This document shows, one piece after another, positions 16,413 through 26,281 of a stretch of 38,469 nucleotides of DNA. The notes beneath the pieces were generated by a model. It did no database searches. It was given only the letters and a program-made list of their open reading frames with translations, and was not told the DNA's origin. Position numbers and translations under genes: made by a program. The DNA lies in NCBI GenBank assembly GCA_947489925.1, contig CANLFK010000001.1, positions 1 through 38,469 on the forward strand, written 5' to 3'. How positions within the stretch are numbered: position 1 is the stretch's first letter; each line of letters opens with the position of its first letter. The stretch is from Candidatus Caenarcanales bacterium. Its GTDB lineage: Bacteria > Cyanobacteriota > Vampirovibrionia > Caenarcaniphilales > Caenarcanaceae.

Positions 16413-18617
16413 TTAAACTATTGCTCTAATACTATGTAAATTAATGCGTCCTCTTTGGTCAATTTCTTGCACTAAAGCTAAAACTTCTTGATCAACCTGA
16501 AATTCATCAAAATTAACTTCTTGCTGTTCAACTTGCTGAGTTAATTGACCTTCCATGTCATCACTACGCCTTTCAAATCTACGATTATTATAACGACCTC
16601 TGTCATTCCTTCCAGCCGAGCCACCAGCTTTCAATAAACCAAGTTTACCCGGTGCAATTTCAACAAAAAGCCCAATCGGAAGTTTTCGGACAATTATTCC
16701 TCTATATTCTTCACCTGGGTGAATTCGCATAGTCATAGCCACAATTCTTTCTTTTGCCGCTTCCACAACATCACTGCGTCCCATAATACTCATCATTCCA
16801 TCATCAGCAATGTCAATTTTATCAACGCCAGTTTCTTCAATTAACCGTTTAATATTTTTGCCACCAGGTCCAATCATCATGGCAATATCATCAGTTGAAA
16901 TTTGAACTAAAGCCATGCGTGGGGCATATGCAGAAATTTCAGAACTTGGTTCATTAATAGTTTGAGACATTTCATCTAAAATATGAATTCGTCCAGCTAA
17001 AGCTTGTTCGAGGGCAACTTTTAAAATTGGTAAACTAATGCCTTCGGGTAATTTAAGATCAAGCTGAATAGCTGTAACACCTTCATGGCTACCAGTAACT
17101 TTAAAGTCCATATCGCCCAAAAAGTCTTCAACACCTTGTATATCACTTAAAATGGCACATTTTCCGCCTTCCAAAATTAAACCCATTGCAATTCCACCTA
17201 CCATTGCCTTAAGCGGAACGCCAGCATTTAATAAAGCTAAAGTGCTACCGCAAGTTGAAGCCATACTGCTAGAGCCATTTGAACTTAAAACTTCAGAAAC
17301 AACTCTAATAACATATGGAAATTCTTCTTTGGCTGGTAAAGCTGGAATTAAAGCTCTCTCAGCTAAAGCACCATGTCCAATTTCTCTTCTGCCAGGTCCA
17401 CGAGAAGATTTGGTTTCACCTGTTGAAAAAGCTGGGAAATTATAATGATGAAAATAAGTTTGTTCTTTTTCGGGTAAAATACTGTCTAATTGCTTTGCAT
17501 CAATACCAGACCCTAATGTAACTATTGATAAAGCTTGGGTTGAACCTCGGGTGAATAAACCGCTTCCATGCGTTCTTGGCAATAAACCAACCTGAGACCA
17601 AATTGGTCGAATTTCATTACATTTTCGTCCATCAACCCGCTCTCCTTTTTCCATAATTTGAGAACGCATTAATTTTTTCTGCAATTTATTGGTATAAGCC
17701 AAAGCCAATTTTAATTTATCTTTTTGATCATCAGTTTCAGCTATTTTTTCAAAATGTTCTTTTACAGCTTTATAAGCGGCATCTGATAATTTTTCTCTTT
17801 CTTTTTTATCAATCAATTTAGATTCAATCGAAGAGAGTAATTTTTCTTTGGCTAATTTATCGACTAAAGTTTTTATTTTCTTCTCTTCAGCGATTGGGGC
17901 AGGAAAATCTCTTTTATTAATATTACAAGCTGAAATCAATTCCTTTTGGATTAAAACTTGTTCTTTGATGAATTTATGAGCAAACTCAATACCAGCCAAA
18001 ATCACTTCTTCTTTTAAAAAATTAGCACCCGCTTCAATCATCAAAATTGCTTTTTCAGTTCCAGCTACTACTAAGTCAAGTGGGCTATTTTTTAATTCTT
18101 CATATGTCGGATTAACAATAAATTGACCTTTTTGCAAGCCAACACGAACCGCTCCAACTGGACCTAAAAATGGAAGTCCTGCTAATTCAATGGCGGCTGA
18201 AGCTCCTAAAATTGCCAAAACATCTGGTGAATGAACTTGATCAGCACTTAAAACAGTAGCCACAATTTGAACTTCATGATGATAATTTTCGGGGAATAAA
18301 GGTCTAATCGGTCTGTCAATTAAACGACCAGCCAAAACCGATTTATCCGAAGCTTTACCTTCACGGCGATTATAAGAACCAGGTATGCGTCCAACAGCAT
18401 AAATTTTTTCTTCAAAATCAACCGTCAATGGGAAAAAGTCAATATCAGATTTAGGTTCTTTGGATTCACAACAAGTTACTAAAACCATAGTTTCACCACA
18501 AGAAACCAAAACTGAACCATTTGCTTCACTAGCTAATCGACCAGTTTCAATAATTATTTGTTTATTTTCACTAATCTCATAATGAATTGACTTTATCTTT
18601 TCCGAAGGAATTTGCAC
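16413..18617 (-). CDS. pnp: Polyribonucleotide nucleotidyltransferase (PNPase)
   Basis: Two RNase PH domains followed by KH (IGPGGKNIKRL) and S1 domains. The start is GTG, 7 nt after rpsO. Confidence 0.97.
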   Translation of the reverse strand: MQIPSEKIKSIHYEISENKQIIIETGRLASEANGSVLVSCGETMVLVTCCESKEPKSDIDFFPLTVDFEEKIYAVGRIPGSYNRREGKASDKSVLAGRLIDRPIRPLFPENYHHEVQIVATVLSADQVHSPDVLAILGASAAIELAGLPFLGPVGAVRVGLQKGQFIVNPTYEELKNSPLDLVVAGTEKAILMIEAGANFLKEEVILAGIEFAHKFIKEQVLIQKELISACNINKRDFPAPIAEEKKIKTLVDKLAKEKLLSSIESKLIDKKEREKLSDAAYKAVKEHFEKIAETDDQKDKLKLALAYTNKLQKKLMRSQIMEKGERVDGRKCNEIRPIWSQVGLLPRTHGSGLFTRGSTQALSIVTLGSGIDAKQLDSILPEKEQTYFHHYNFPAFSTGETKSSRGPGRREIGHGALAERALIPALPAKEEFPYVIRVVSEVLSSNGSSSMASTCGSTLALLNAGVPLKAMVGGIAMGLILEGGKCAILSDIQGVEDFLGDMDFKVTGSHEGVTAIQLDLKLPEGISLPILKVALEQALAGRIHILDEMSQTINEPSSEISAYAPRMALVQISTDDIAMMIGPGGKNIKRLIEETGVDKIDIADDGMMSIMGRSDVVEAAKERIVAMTMRIHPGEEYRGIIVRKLPIGLFVEIAPGKLGLLKAGGSAGRNDRGRYNNRRFERRSDDMEGQLTQQVEQQEVNFDEFQVDQEVLALVQEIDQRGRINLHSIRAIV

Positions 18618-18624
18618 TATTGAA

Positions 18625-18891
18625 TTAACCTCTTATTCCTAATTCTTTAATTAATTTTGCGTATTTATTAGGATCTTGCTTTAAAAGATAGCTTAATAAT
18701 TTTTTGCGGCGAGCTACTAATCTTTGTAGTCCTCTTAAAGCCGAAAAATCTTTTTTGTTACCAGATAAATGTTTAGCTATTTGCTCAATTTGAGAGGTTA
18801 AAATAGCAACTTGTACTTCAGGTGAACCGCTATCGGCTGTGTGATACTGAAATTTACCAATTATTTCTTTCTTTTCTTCTTTGCTAATCAT
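18625..18891 (-). CDS. rpsO: 30S ribosomal protein S15
   Basis: 88 aa, with DSGSPEVQVAILT..I..L..H and GLQRLVARRKKLLSYL. Confidence 0.95.
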   Translation of the reverse strand: MISKEEKKEIIGKFQYHTADSGSPEVQVAILTSQIEQIAKHLSGNKKDFSALRGLQRLVARRKKLLSYLLKQDPNKYAKLIKELGIRG

Positions 18892-19014
18892 ATTTTCTAT
18901 TGAGAATTATTACTTTTATTTTGTATTTCAAACTAAGTTCAGAAAATAATTCTATCAATTAAGTAAAAAAAAACTAGAATTTAAGTTAATATTTTTTAAG
19001 AAGATAAATATTAT

Positions 19015-19094
19015 GTCGGAATGGCGGAATAGGTAGACGCGTGCGTTTAAGGGGCGCATGGGCAACCGTGAGGGTTCAAGTCCCTCTTCCGATA
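19015..19094 (+). tRNA. tRNA-Leu (class II, long variable arm). A canonical fold reads the anticodon as AAG, and a UAA reading needs a non-canonical loop.
   Basis: GTCGGAA TG GCG-GAATAGGTAGA-CGC G TGCGT-TTAAGGG-GCGCA TGGGCAACCGT GAGGG-TTCAAGT-CCCTC TTCCGAT A. There is a G1:U72 wobble pair and no encoded CCA. Confidence 0.85.
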
Positions 19095-19100
19095 AATAAT

Positions 19101-19781
19101 TTAACTTCTTATTCTTTCTGAAAATTTAGATTCATTAATTATATTTAAGGCTGAACTTGTACCCAGACGAGTAACACCAGCATTTATAAATTCAGCGGCT
19201 TGTTCATAAGTTTTAATGCCCGCACTAGCCTTTATTTGAACATCTGGAAAGTCAATCAAGCCTTCTTTAATTAATTCAATATCTTTAATTTGAGTTGGTC
19301 TTTTGTTAATAATTCCAGTTGAAGTTTTAACCATATAAACACTAGCTTGTCCGCAAATCCTTGAGGCCTGAATAATTTGCTCCGCTGAAAATAAAGAAAC
19401 TTCAATAATTACTTTTAATTTTCCACGAGTTCCAATTAATTGACGAGCTGACAAAATATCTTTGAATAAAGCTTCCCAATTATTTTCGTTTATATAATTT
19501 AAAGGTGCGACCAAATCAATTTCAGTTGCTCCTTCCAATAAGCAATATTCAATTTGTTTTAATCTTGAAATATTTAAACTAGCTCCAAAAGGAAAATCAG
19601 CTACAGCCGCAATTTCATGACCACTTTGAGCCAATAATACTTTTGCCAAAGAAATCCAGCGAGAATGAAGACAAATTCCTTTAAAATTATTTTGGATAGT
19701 TTCTACACAAAATTGCTCAATTTCTTTTTCAGTAGCTAAAGGATTTAAAAGTGTATGATCGATAAATTGATTGATTTCCAT
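19101..19781 (-). CDS. deoC: Deoxyribose-phosphate aldolase
   Basis: IDHTLL N-terminus, VKTSTG and a Schiff-base lysine context (IKASAGI). Confidence 0.85.
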   Translation of the reverse strand: MEINQFIDHTLLNPLATEKEIEQFCVETIQNNFKGICLHSRWISLAKVLLAQSGHEIAAVADFPFGASLNISRLKQIEYCLLEGATEIDLVAPLNYINENNWEALFKDILSARQLIGTRGKLKVIIEVSLFSAEQIIQASRICGQASVYMVKTSTGIINKRPTQIKDIELIKEGLIDFPDVQIKASAGIKTYEQAAEFINAGVTRLGTSSALNIINESKFSERIRS

Positions 19782-19952
19782 GAATTTTATTTGGTTGTAA
19801 AAACTTTTTTTAATTATTTTGCTGTCAATCAGTAATTATATAAGCTCTCTTTTACAAATAAATATTATTTTCAAAAAGCATTAATAATATTGTAAAATAT
19901 AAACTTGAAATCTCAAATCTCCTTTCCCAGACTTAAGTTCTAGGGATAATTT

Positions 19953-22082
19953 ATGTCTACTATTTTATCAACAAATGAATTCAATTTAGCTCAAAAAATT
20001 AATACAAAAAATCAAGAAAAAAGCTTGCTTGTCAAAAAACGAAACGATCAATTAATTTCTTTTAACGATCAAAAAATTATTAATGCTTTACTCAAAGCCA
20101 ATGAAGCAATTGCTGAAATAACACCAGAAAAAATCTATTTTATTGCGGAGCAAGTTATTGCTGAATGTCATAAATTAGAAATTCCAGTTGTCTCTGTCGA
20201 AGATATTCAAAATTTAGTTGAAAAAAAATTATACGAATCTGGCTTTTATAAAACCTTTAGAGCATATGCGGTTTATCGAGAAAAACATTTTCAGATGAGA
20301 GAAGACCGTAAAACTTTAATCAATGCTATTAGTTCGGTTAATGAATATATTGAACAATCTGATTGGAGGGTGAAAGCCAATGCAAATCAAAATTATTCGG
20401 TTGGCGGTTTAATTTTAAATGTGGCTGGAAAAGTCATTGCCAATTATTGGTTAAATCATATTTATTCGCCCGAAATTAAAGAAGCTCATATAAATGGTAG
20501 TTTTCATATTCATGATTTAGATATGCTGACTGGCTATTGTGCTGGCTGGTCTTTAAAAACTTTATTGCTCGAAGGATTTAATGGCTGTAGTGGCAAAATT
20601 GAATCAGACCCGCCAAAGCATTTTAGGACAGCTTTAGGGCAAGCCGTTAATTTTTTGGGTACTTTGCAAAATGAATGGGCTGGTGCTCAGGCTTTCAGTT
20701 CATTTGATACTTATTTAGCACCCTATATTAAAATTGACAAATTGTCTTATGAAGAAGTTTATCAAGGCATTCAAGAATTTATTTTTAATTTGAATGTTCC
20801 GTCTCGTTGGGGAAGTCAGCCGCCATTTACCAATTTAACTTTTGATTTAGTTTGCCCAGATGATTTAAAACAAAAAAGACCAGTCATTGCTGGTGAAGAA
20901 GCGGATTTTGTTTATGCTGATTTACAAGTTGAAATGGATATGTTAAATAAAGCTTATCTGCAAATTATGCTAAATGGAGACGCTAAAGGGCGAGTATTTA
21001 CTTTTCCTATTCCGACTTATAATATTACTAATGACTTTGACTGGGAGCATGAGAATGCTGATTTATTATTTGAATTAGCTGGAAAGTATGGATTGCCTTA
21101 TTTTCAAAATTTTCTTAATTCAGATTTAAATCCACAAATGATCAGATCAATGTGTTGTCGCTTACAGCTTGATTTAAGAGAATTATTAAAAAGAGGAAAT
21201 GGACTTTTCGGTTCAGCTGAACAGACTGGTTCGATTGGAGTTGTTACCATAAACTGTGCTAGGCTCGGTTATACAAATAAAGGAAATTTGCCAGCTTTAT
21301 TACAAGAATTAGAAAAATTAGCAAATGCCGCCAAAAATAGCCTTGAACTGAAGAGGAAAGTAATTCAAAACTTTATGGAGCAAGGTTTATTTCCTTTTAC
21401 TAAAAGATATTTAGGGACATTACGGAATCATTTTTCAACAATTGGAATTAATGGTGTTAATGAATGTATTCGTAATTTTACAAATGATGAACATGATATT
21501 AAAACGCCTTTTGGTTATGATTTAGCTCTTCAAATACTCGATAAATTAAGAGAACTTATGATTAATTATCAAGAAGAGACGGGACATTTATATAATCTGG
21601 AAGCTTCTCCAGCTGAAGGTGCTACTTATCGATTTGCCAGAGAAGACCAAAAAGCTTTCCCAGACATTTTGCAAGCTGGCACAGTAGAAGCTCCTTATTA
21701 TACAAATTCATCACAATTGCCAGTAAATTCGACTGATGACCCTTTTGAAGCTTTAGATCATCAAGAACAATTACAAACTAAATATACGGGCGGCACGGTT
21801 TTTCATTTATACATGGACAAATCTATTTCAGAGCCAGCTTTAGCCAAACAATTGGTTCGTAAAACTTTGATGAAATATCGCATTCCTTATTTGACTTTAA
21901 CTCCTAGTTTTTCAATTTGCCCAACACATGGTTATATAAAAGGTGAAGTACAAAATTGCCCTACTTGTGAAGCTGAATGTGAAATATGGACAAGAGTAAT
22001 GGGTTATCATAGACCAGTTAGCAGTTTCAATCGGGGTAAAAAAAGTGAATTCAAAGAAAGATTAGCTTTTGATCCGACCTGA
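19953..22082 (+). CDS. nrdD: Anaerobic ribonucleoside-triphosphate reductase (class III)
   Basis: N-terminal ATP-cone, a C-terminal Zn-ribbon (CPTHG...CPTCEAEC) and the glycyl-radical motif RVMGYHRPV. Confidence 0.95.
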   Translation: MSTILSTNEFNLAQKINTKNQEKSLLVKKRNDQLISFNDQKIINALLKANEAIAEITPEKIYFIAEQVIAECHKLEIPVVSVEDIQNLVEKKLYESGFYKTFRAYAVYREKHFQMREDRKTLINAISSVNEYIEQSDWRVKANANQNYSVGGLILNVAGKVIANYWLNHIYSPEIKEAHINGSFHIHDLDMLTGYCAGWSLKTLLLEGFNGCSGKIESDPPKHFRTALGQAVNFLGTLQNEWAGAQAFSSFDTYLAPYIKIDKLSYEEVYQGIQEFIFNLNVPSRWGSQPPFTNLTFDLVCPDDLKQKRPVIAGEEADFVYADLQVEMDMLNKAYLQIMLNGDAKGRVFTFPIPTYNITNDFDWEHENADLLFELAGKYGLPYFQNFLNSDLNPQMIRSMCCRLQLDLRELLKRGNGLFGSAEQTGSIGVVTINCARLGYTNKGNLPALLQELEKLANAAKNSLELKRKVIQNFMEQGLFPFTKRYLGTLRNHFSTIGINGVNECIRNFTNDEHDIKTPFGYDLALQILDKLRELMINYQEETGHLYNLEASPAEGATYRFAREDQKAFPDILQAGTVEAPYYTNSSQLPVNSTDDPFEALDHQEQLQTKYTGGTVFHLYMDKSISEPALAKQLVRKTLMKYRIPYLTLTPSFSICPTHGYIKGEVQNCPTCEAECEIWTRVMGYHRPVSSFNRGKKSEFKERLAFDPT

Positions 22083-22095
22083 ATAATAAAAAACA

Positions 22096-22692
22096 ATGTT
22101 TGAAAACTTTAAGATTGGAGGAATAATACCGCTGACGACTATTGATTATCCTCATGAATTGTCAGCCGTAGTTTTTTGCCAAGGTTGTTTATGGCATTGC
22201 CCTTACTGTCATAATAAACATTTAGCCTCTCAGCACAAAGAAACACAATATAGCTTTGATGATTTGCATAAGTTTTTAAATAAAAGAAAAGGTTTATTAG
22301 AAGCTATTGTTTTTAGTGGAGGAGAACCAACTTTGCAAGATGATTTACCAGCTGTGATTCAGGAAGTAAAATTAATGGGTTTTAAAATTGGGCTTCATAC
22401 AACTGGCTTTGATTCAATTAGATTTTCAAAAGTATTAAATTTATGTGATTGGATTGGCTTTGATGTGAAAAATATATTAAATACTAAATACGATTTAATT
22501 ACTGGTGTAAAAGATAGTGCCACCGAGGTCTTAAAAAGCTTAAATTTACTGATTGAGTCTGGGAAAAAATATGAATTAAGAATTACGCAAGATCAAAAAT
22601 TAATTACTGAATCTGACTTATGGGAAATCCAACAATATTTGTCTTTAAAGTTTAAAGCTGAATTGAAAGTCCAGAAAGCTATTGAAAGATAA
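22096..22692 (+). CDS. nrdG: Anaerobic ribonucleotide reductase activating protein (radical SAM)
   Basis: CQGCLWHCPYCHN contains the CxxxCxxC cluster motif, and GGEPTL is present. The gene lies immediately downstream of nrdD. Confidence 0.9.
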   Translation: MFENFKIGGIIPLTTIDYPHELSAVVFCQGCLWHCPYCHNKHLASQHKETQYSFDDLHKFLNKRKGLLEAIVFSGGEPTLQDDLPAVIQEVKLMGFKIGLHTTGFDSIRFSKVLNLCDWIGFDVKNILNTKYDLITGVKDSATEVLKSLNLLIESGKKYELRITQDQKLITESDLWEIQQYLSLKFKAELKVQKAIER

Positions 22693-22727
22693 ATAACAAG
22701 TAAAAAGTTCTTTAACAATAAAATCCG

Positions 22728-22754
22728 CCCCTCTCAAGACGAAAAAAGGAGGGG
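22728..22754. terminator. Possible bidirectional terminator hairpin between nrdG and grxD
   Basis: CCCCTC (22728-22733) pairs with GAGGGG (22749-22754) across a 15-nt loop, with T-rich flanks on both strands. The large loop weakens the call. Confidence 0.3.
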
Positions 22755-22786
22755 ATTAGTTTTCGGAAGTTAAATTAAAAAATTTT

Positions 22787-23104
22787 CTAAACTTTGGCTA
22801 AAATATCTTTTAATTCACCAGATTCATGCAATTCTTTGGTTAAATCACAGCCACCAATTAATTCTCCTTTAACATATAATTGAGGAATAGTTGGCCATTG
22901 TGAAAACTCTTTGAGAGCTTCTTTTTTGTTTAAATCAGCCAAAACATTAATTACCGAAAAGTCTATATTATAAGAATTTAATATTTCGATTGTCGCCGCT
23001 GAAAAACCACATCTGGGCTGTTCTTTATTACCTTTTGCATAAAGTAATACTGGATTTTCCGCAATTTCTTTTTTGATTTCGTCTAAGTATTTTGTTTCAA
23101 TCAT
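22787..23104 (-). CDS. grxD: Monothiol glutaredoxin (Grx4/GrxD type)
   Basis: CGFS active site within KGNKEQPRCGFSAAT, plus WPTIPQLYVKGELIGGCD. Confidence 0.9.
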   Translation of the reverse strand: MIETKYLDEIKKEIAENPVLLYAKGNKEQPRCGFSAATIEILNSYNIDFSVINVLADLNKKEALKEFSQWPTIPQLYVKGELIGGCDLTKELHESGELKDILAKV

Positions 23105-23112
23105 AATTTTCC

Positions 23113-23376
23113 TTATTTACTGGCTGTTAAAAGGGTTTTAACTTTATTTGCGGCTTGACTTTTAAGGCGACTGGCTTTATTTGGGTGAATTACTTGCTCT
23201 GAAGCTTTATCTAATTCGGAGAATAAATTGTTTAAGCAGCTTTGTAAGTCTTTTTCTTCTTTTAGTTTAGAAAGTTTCTTAAACAAAGTTTTAATTTGAG
23301 AGCGTTGAGCAATATTTCTGCTACGATTGCGAGCATTTCTGAGTATGTCTTTTTTTGATGCTTTAGTATTAGCCAT
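23113..23376 (-). CDS. rpsT: 30S ribosomal protein S20
   Basis: 87 aa, basic, starting MANTKASKKDILRNARNRSRN. Confidence 0.9.
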   Translation of the reverse strand: MANTKASKKDILRNARNRSRNIAQRSQIKTLFKKLSKLKEEKDLQSCLNNLFSELDKASEQVIHPNKASRLKSQAANKVKTLLTASK

Positions 23377-23443
23377 GAATTAAATTAAAAAATTAGTACA
23401 AATAAAATTTAGAAGTAAAATTATACCGAAAAATAACTTTAAT

Positions 23444-23938
23444 ATGCAAAATTACAAAATACATAGTTTAAATTGTGCTTATTTAGATCAAGCATATCAA
23501 ATTGATCAACAGCTAAATGGCAATCATTCTTGGTCTAGGCAAATGTTTTTAGGTGAATTGAATAATGCTTTGGCATATTATTGGGTCTTGACTGAGGAAG
23601 AAACCGTAATTGGCTTTATTGGTTTGCATGATCTTGATCCAGAAGGTTATATTACCAATTTTGGAATTAAAGCGGAATATCAAGGTCAAAAATTAGGTCA
23701 ATATTTATTATCTTTTGTTATTCATAAATGTCTTCACTGGAATTTAAAAGCACTTAGCTTAGAAGTTAATGAAAATAATTTAAGAGCAATTAATCTTTAT
23801 AAAAAATTTGGCTTTAAAGAAGAAGGCTTTAGAAAAGATTATTATCGAAATTCAGAGACGGGGAAACTAGAAAATGCCTTGGTTATGTGGCTTAATCCAG
23901 TTATTAAAACAGAATCTTTGATGCCAATCTGCACTTAA
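23444..23938 (+). CDS. rimI: GNAT acetyltransferase, RimI-like (ribosomal-protein-alanine N-acetyltransferase)
   Basis: YQGQKLGQYLL acetyl-CoA-binding loop, LEVNENNLRAINLYKKFGF, 164 aa. Confidence 0.75.
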   Translation: MQNYKIHSLNCAYLDQAYQIDQQLNGNHSWSRQMFLGELNNALAYYWVLTEEETVIGFIGLHDLDPEGYITNFGIKAEYQGQKLGQYLLSFVIHKCLHWNLKALSLEVNENNLRAINLYKKFGFKEEGFRKDYYRNSETGKLENALVMWLNPVIKTESLMPICT

Positions 23939-23943
23939 AAAGG

Positions 23944-24016
<73 letters not shown>

Positions 24017-24104
24017 TTATTTACTTAGCTTATTTTGCTTAGAAGTAATAGAATAACAAGTAAAATCATTTTTTTCTACTAAAGTTTTAAAATTATTATG
24101 CAAA

Positions 24105-24752
24105 ATGAAAAATAAAGAGATCAAAACTAAACCCAAAAAGGTAAAAATTAATTTAAATGATTGGCTAAACATTGCTAATAAGTGTATTGGTAATCATAAA
24201 AAAGATTTAAATATATTGAATCGATTATGGAAAAACCTGACCAAAAAAGATAAAAAAGATTATGAAAAAGAAATTTGCAAAGAAATAATACAAAGATTAG
24301 ACCAAAAAAAAACTTTACCCGAAGAATCCCAACAAATTGCTTTGCAAAGCTCTCAAATCTTGCAAAATTCACAAAAAGACTTACCGAAAACCTTTATTTA
24401 CTTATTAGGTGGCGGAGCTATGGTTTTATTTTCGCTAGTATTTTTAGTTTTGCGTTCTCCCCGAAGTTTAAATATTATGGATTGGGTAAAAGATATTGAT
24501 GTAATTCTTTGGTTACCACTTTTAATCATTAATTTAATAATTTTTATTAAGGGTTTAGAAATGCAGAAAAAGTCATTTGGAAATTTAATGGCTTATAGTT
24601 TATTAGCTCAGTCTGCTATTTCTTATACTTACTGCAAAGCTCGTGGACAAGGAGGAACTTTATTTGAAGCTTATAATTATCTGGAAACCTTAAGGCAAAA
24701 AAACCGTGAAAGCCTCAAAAAACAATTACCTTGGAGCAAAAAGAAAAATTAA
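24105..24752 (+). CDS. Hypothetical membrane protein (lysine-rich N-terminus, 2-3 predicted TM helices)
   Basis: It is an ORF with hydrophobic segments (FIYLLGGGAMVLFSLVFLVL and ILWLPLLIINLIIFI). I recognised no family. Confidence 0.5.
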   Translation: MKNKEIKTKPKKVKINLNDWLNIANKCIGNHKKDLNILNRLWKNLTKKDKKDYEKEICKEIIQRLDQKKTLPEESQQIALQSSQILQNSQKDLPKTFIYLLGGGAMVLFSLVFLVLRSPRSLNIMDWVKDIDVILWLPLLIINLIIFIKGLEMQKKSFGNLMAYSLLAQSAISYTYCKARGQGGTLFEAYNYLETLRQKNRESLKKQLPWSKKKN

Positions 24753-25153
24753 TTGGTTGAATAAGAGAGTCTAATTAATTCTTGCAAAGATTCTTTATCT
24801 AAGACTAAACCACTTAAAGAATTATGTTCTGGAATAGCATCAAAAGCAATTGCATCAATTTCTAGCTCTGAGCAAGCTCTTAATGAATCATCAATATCAG
24901 ACCATTGTGCAATATACCAGCTAGTAGGGATTTCAAAAGCATTAGTTGCCTCAATGGCTAATTTTAAATTTGAATAAAGTAAAACAACACTTATTTCTTG
25001 ATTATTTTGTCTATTTTTAACTTCAAGGCAAAATATTTTAGACTGATTTTGGAATATACCGTAAATACAGGGTAAGTTTACAATTTGGCGGGTAATTTCT
25101 TCCTGAGAGATTATTCCACTATCAAGATTATCGGATGCACTTCTGAAATCCAT
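24749..25153 (-). CDS. Hypothetical acidic protein, 134 aa
   Basis: ORF only. Its 3' end overlaps the convergent 24105-24752 ORF by 4 nt. Confidence 0.45.
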   Translation of the reverse strand: MDFRSASDNLDSGIISQEEITRQIVNLPCIYGIFQNQSKIFCLEVKNRQNNQEISVVLLYSNLKLAIEATNAFEIPTSWYIAQWSDIDDSLRACSELEIDAIAFDAIPEHNSLSGLVLDKESLQELIRLSYSTN

Positions 25154-25240
25154 TTTATTTAATAAGCTAATCCAAGTATATTTTCTTCTTTTTTCATTCC
25201 CCGTTTTTATAGTCGTTTAGCAAAATCTAATATTAAAGTA

Positions 25241-26281
25241 CTAAATTGATTGTTCTTTGACATCAAAAATATCTCTTAATTGGTCTCCCAGTGAATTAAA
25301 ACACCAAGTTAATAAAATCAAAATCAAACTAGAACCCACAGCCAGCCAAGGTCTTAAAAACAAATTACTTAATTCACGGCCTTCTGACAAAATATTACCT
25401 AAGCTTGCATCTGGCTGATTAATGCCCAAGCCCAAAAAACTTAAGGTGGTTTCGCCTAAAATATATGACGGAAAAGATAAAGTTAAAGCAATAATCAAAT
25501 AACTGCTCAGCTGAGGAATTATGTCATAAATAATAATTTTCCAAGTTGGTTTTCCCATTAAATAAGCCGCTTGCACAAAGTCTTTATTACGAATAGCCAA
25601 AACTTGACCCCGCACAATACGAGCCATTCCCGCCCAGCCAATTAAAGATAATAATAATGTAATTAATAATAAACGCTGCATATTCGATAAACTAGCGGGC
25701 AAAAGAGCCGCCAAAGCTACAAGCAAATATAAAGTTGGTAAGCTCAAAATAATTTCAACCAAACGCATCATAAATTCGCCAATTGCCCCAGACTTATAAC
25801 CTGCAATAGTTCCATACACAACCCCAAGCGGAAATGAAATTAAAATACCAATCAAACCAGCAAATAAACCAGGTCTTAAACCATGAATTAATCTGGATAA
25901 ATAATCTCGTCCTAATTTGTCTGTCCCTAATAAATTGAATGAATCTGGGCAATTAGGAGAACTTATGAAATGTATTTTTAGTTTAATTAAATTCCATAAT
26001 TTGTATGGTTTGACTGAATCAGCTGAAAGAAAACTTATTTTACAAATTTTATTTTGATTTGGCTTAAAAGTGCGGCTAAAGTCTTTTTCATTGATTTTTA
26101 AAACTAAAGGGTGAAAATAAAAACCTTGATTGACAGAGAAATTAACTTTGATTGGTGGTGAATAAGAAATTTTGTTTTCTGGTGTTTGGGTCGGGGAAAG
26201 TGGAGCAATAAAATCAGCAAAAATAGCTAAAAAATATAAAGCCATAATTATACTTAAATTCAAAAATAAATTTCTTTTCAT
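25241..26281 (-). CDS. ABC transporter permease, OppC/DppC family
   Basis: OppC-type N-terminus (IFADFIAP) and a binding-protein-dependent permease core with the EAA-like loop (AAYLMGKPTWKIIIYDIIP). Confidence 0.85.
   Translation of the reverse strand: MKRNLFLNLSIIMALYFLAIFADFIAPLSPTQTPENKISYSPPIKVNFSVNQGFYFHPLVLKINEKDFSRTFKPNQNKICKISFLSADSVKPYKLWNLIKLKIHFISSPNCPDSFNLLGTDKLGRDYLSRLIHGLRPGLFAGLIGILISFPLGVVYGTIAGYKSGAIGEFMMRLVEIILSLPTLYLLVALAALLPASLSNMQRLLLITLLLSLIGWAGMARIVRGQVLAIRNKDFVQAAYLMGKPTWKIIIYDIIPQLSSYLIIALTLSFPSYILGETTLSFLGLGINQPDASLGNILSEGRELSNLFLRPWLAVGSSLILILLTWCFNSLGDQLRDIFDVKEQSI

Noticed and set aside
17152-17521. ORFs antisense to pnp (17152-17445, 17315-17521).
   Set aside because: Same reasoning: these are shadow ORFs within pnp.
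19782-19952. A NrdR box or riboswitch might lie upstream of nrdD.
   Set aside because: I found only weak AT-rich partial palindromes such as ATATTGTAAAATAT. There is no convincing pair of 16-bp NrdR boxes and no conserved structured leader.
24175-24499. Overlapping ORFs at 24175-24372 (-) and 24275-24499 (+).
   Set aside because: They are alternative frames of the 24105-24752 ORF, which is longer and has coherent TM segments.
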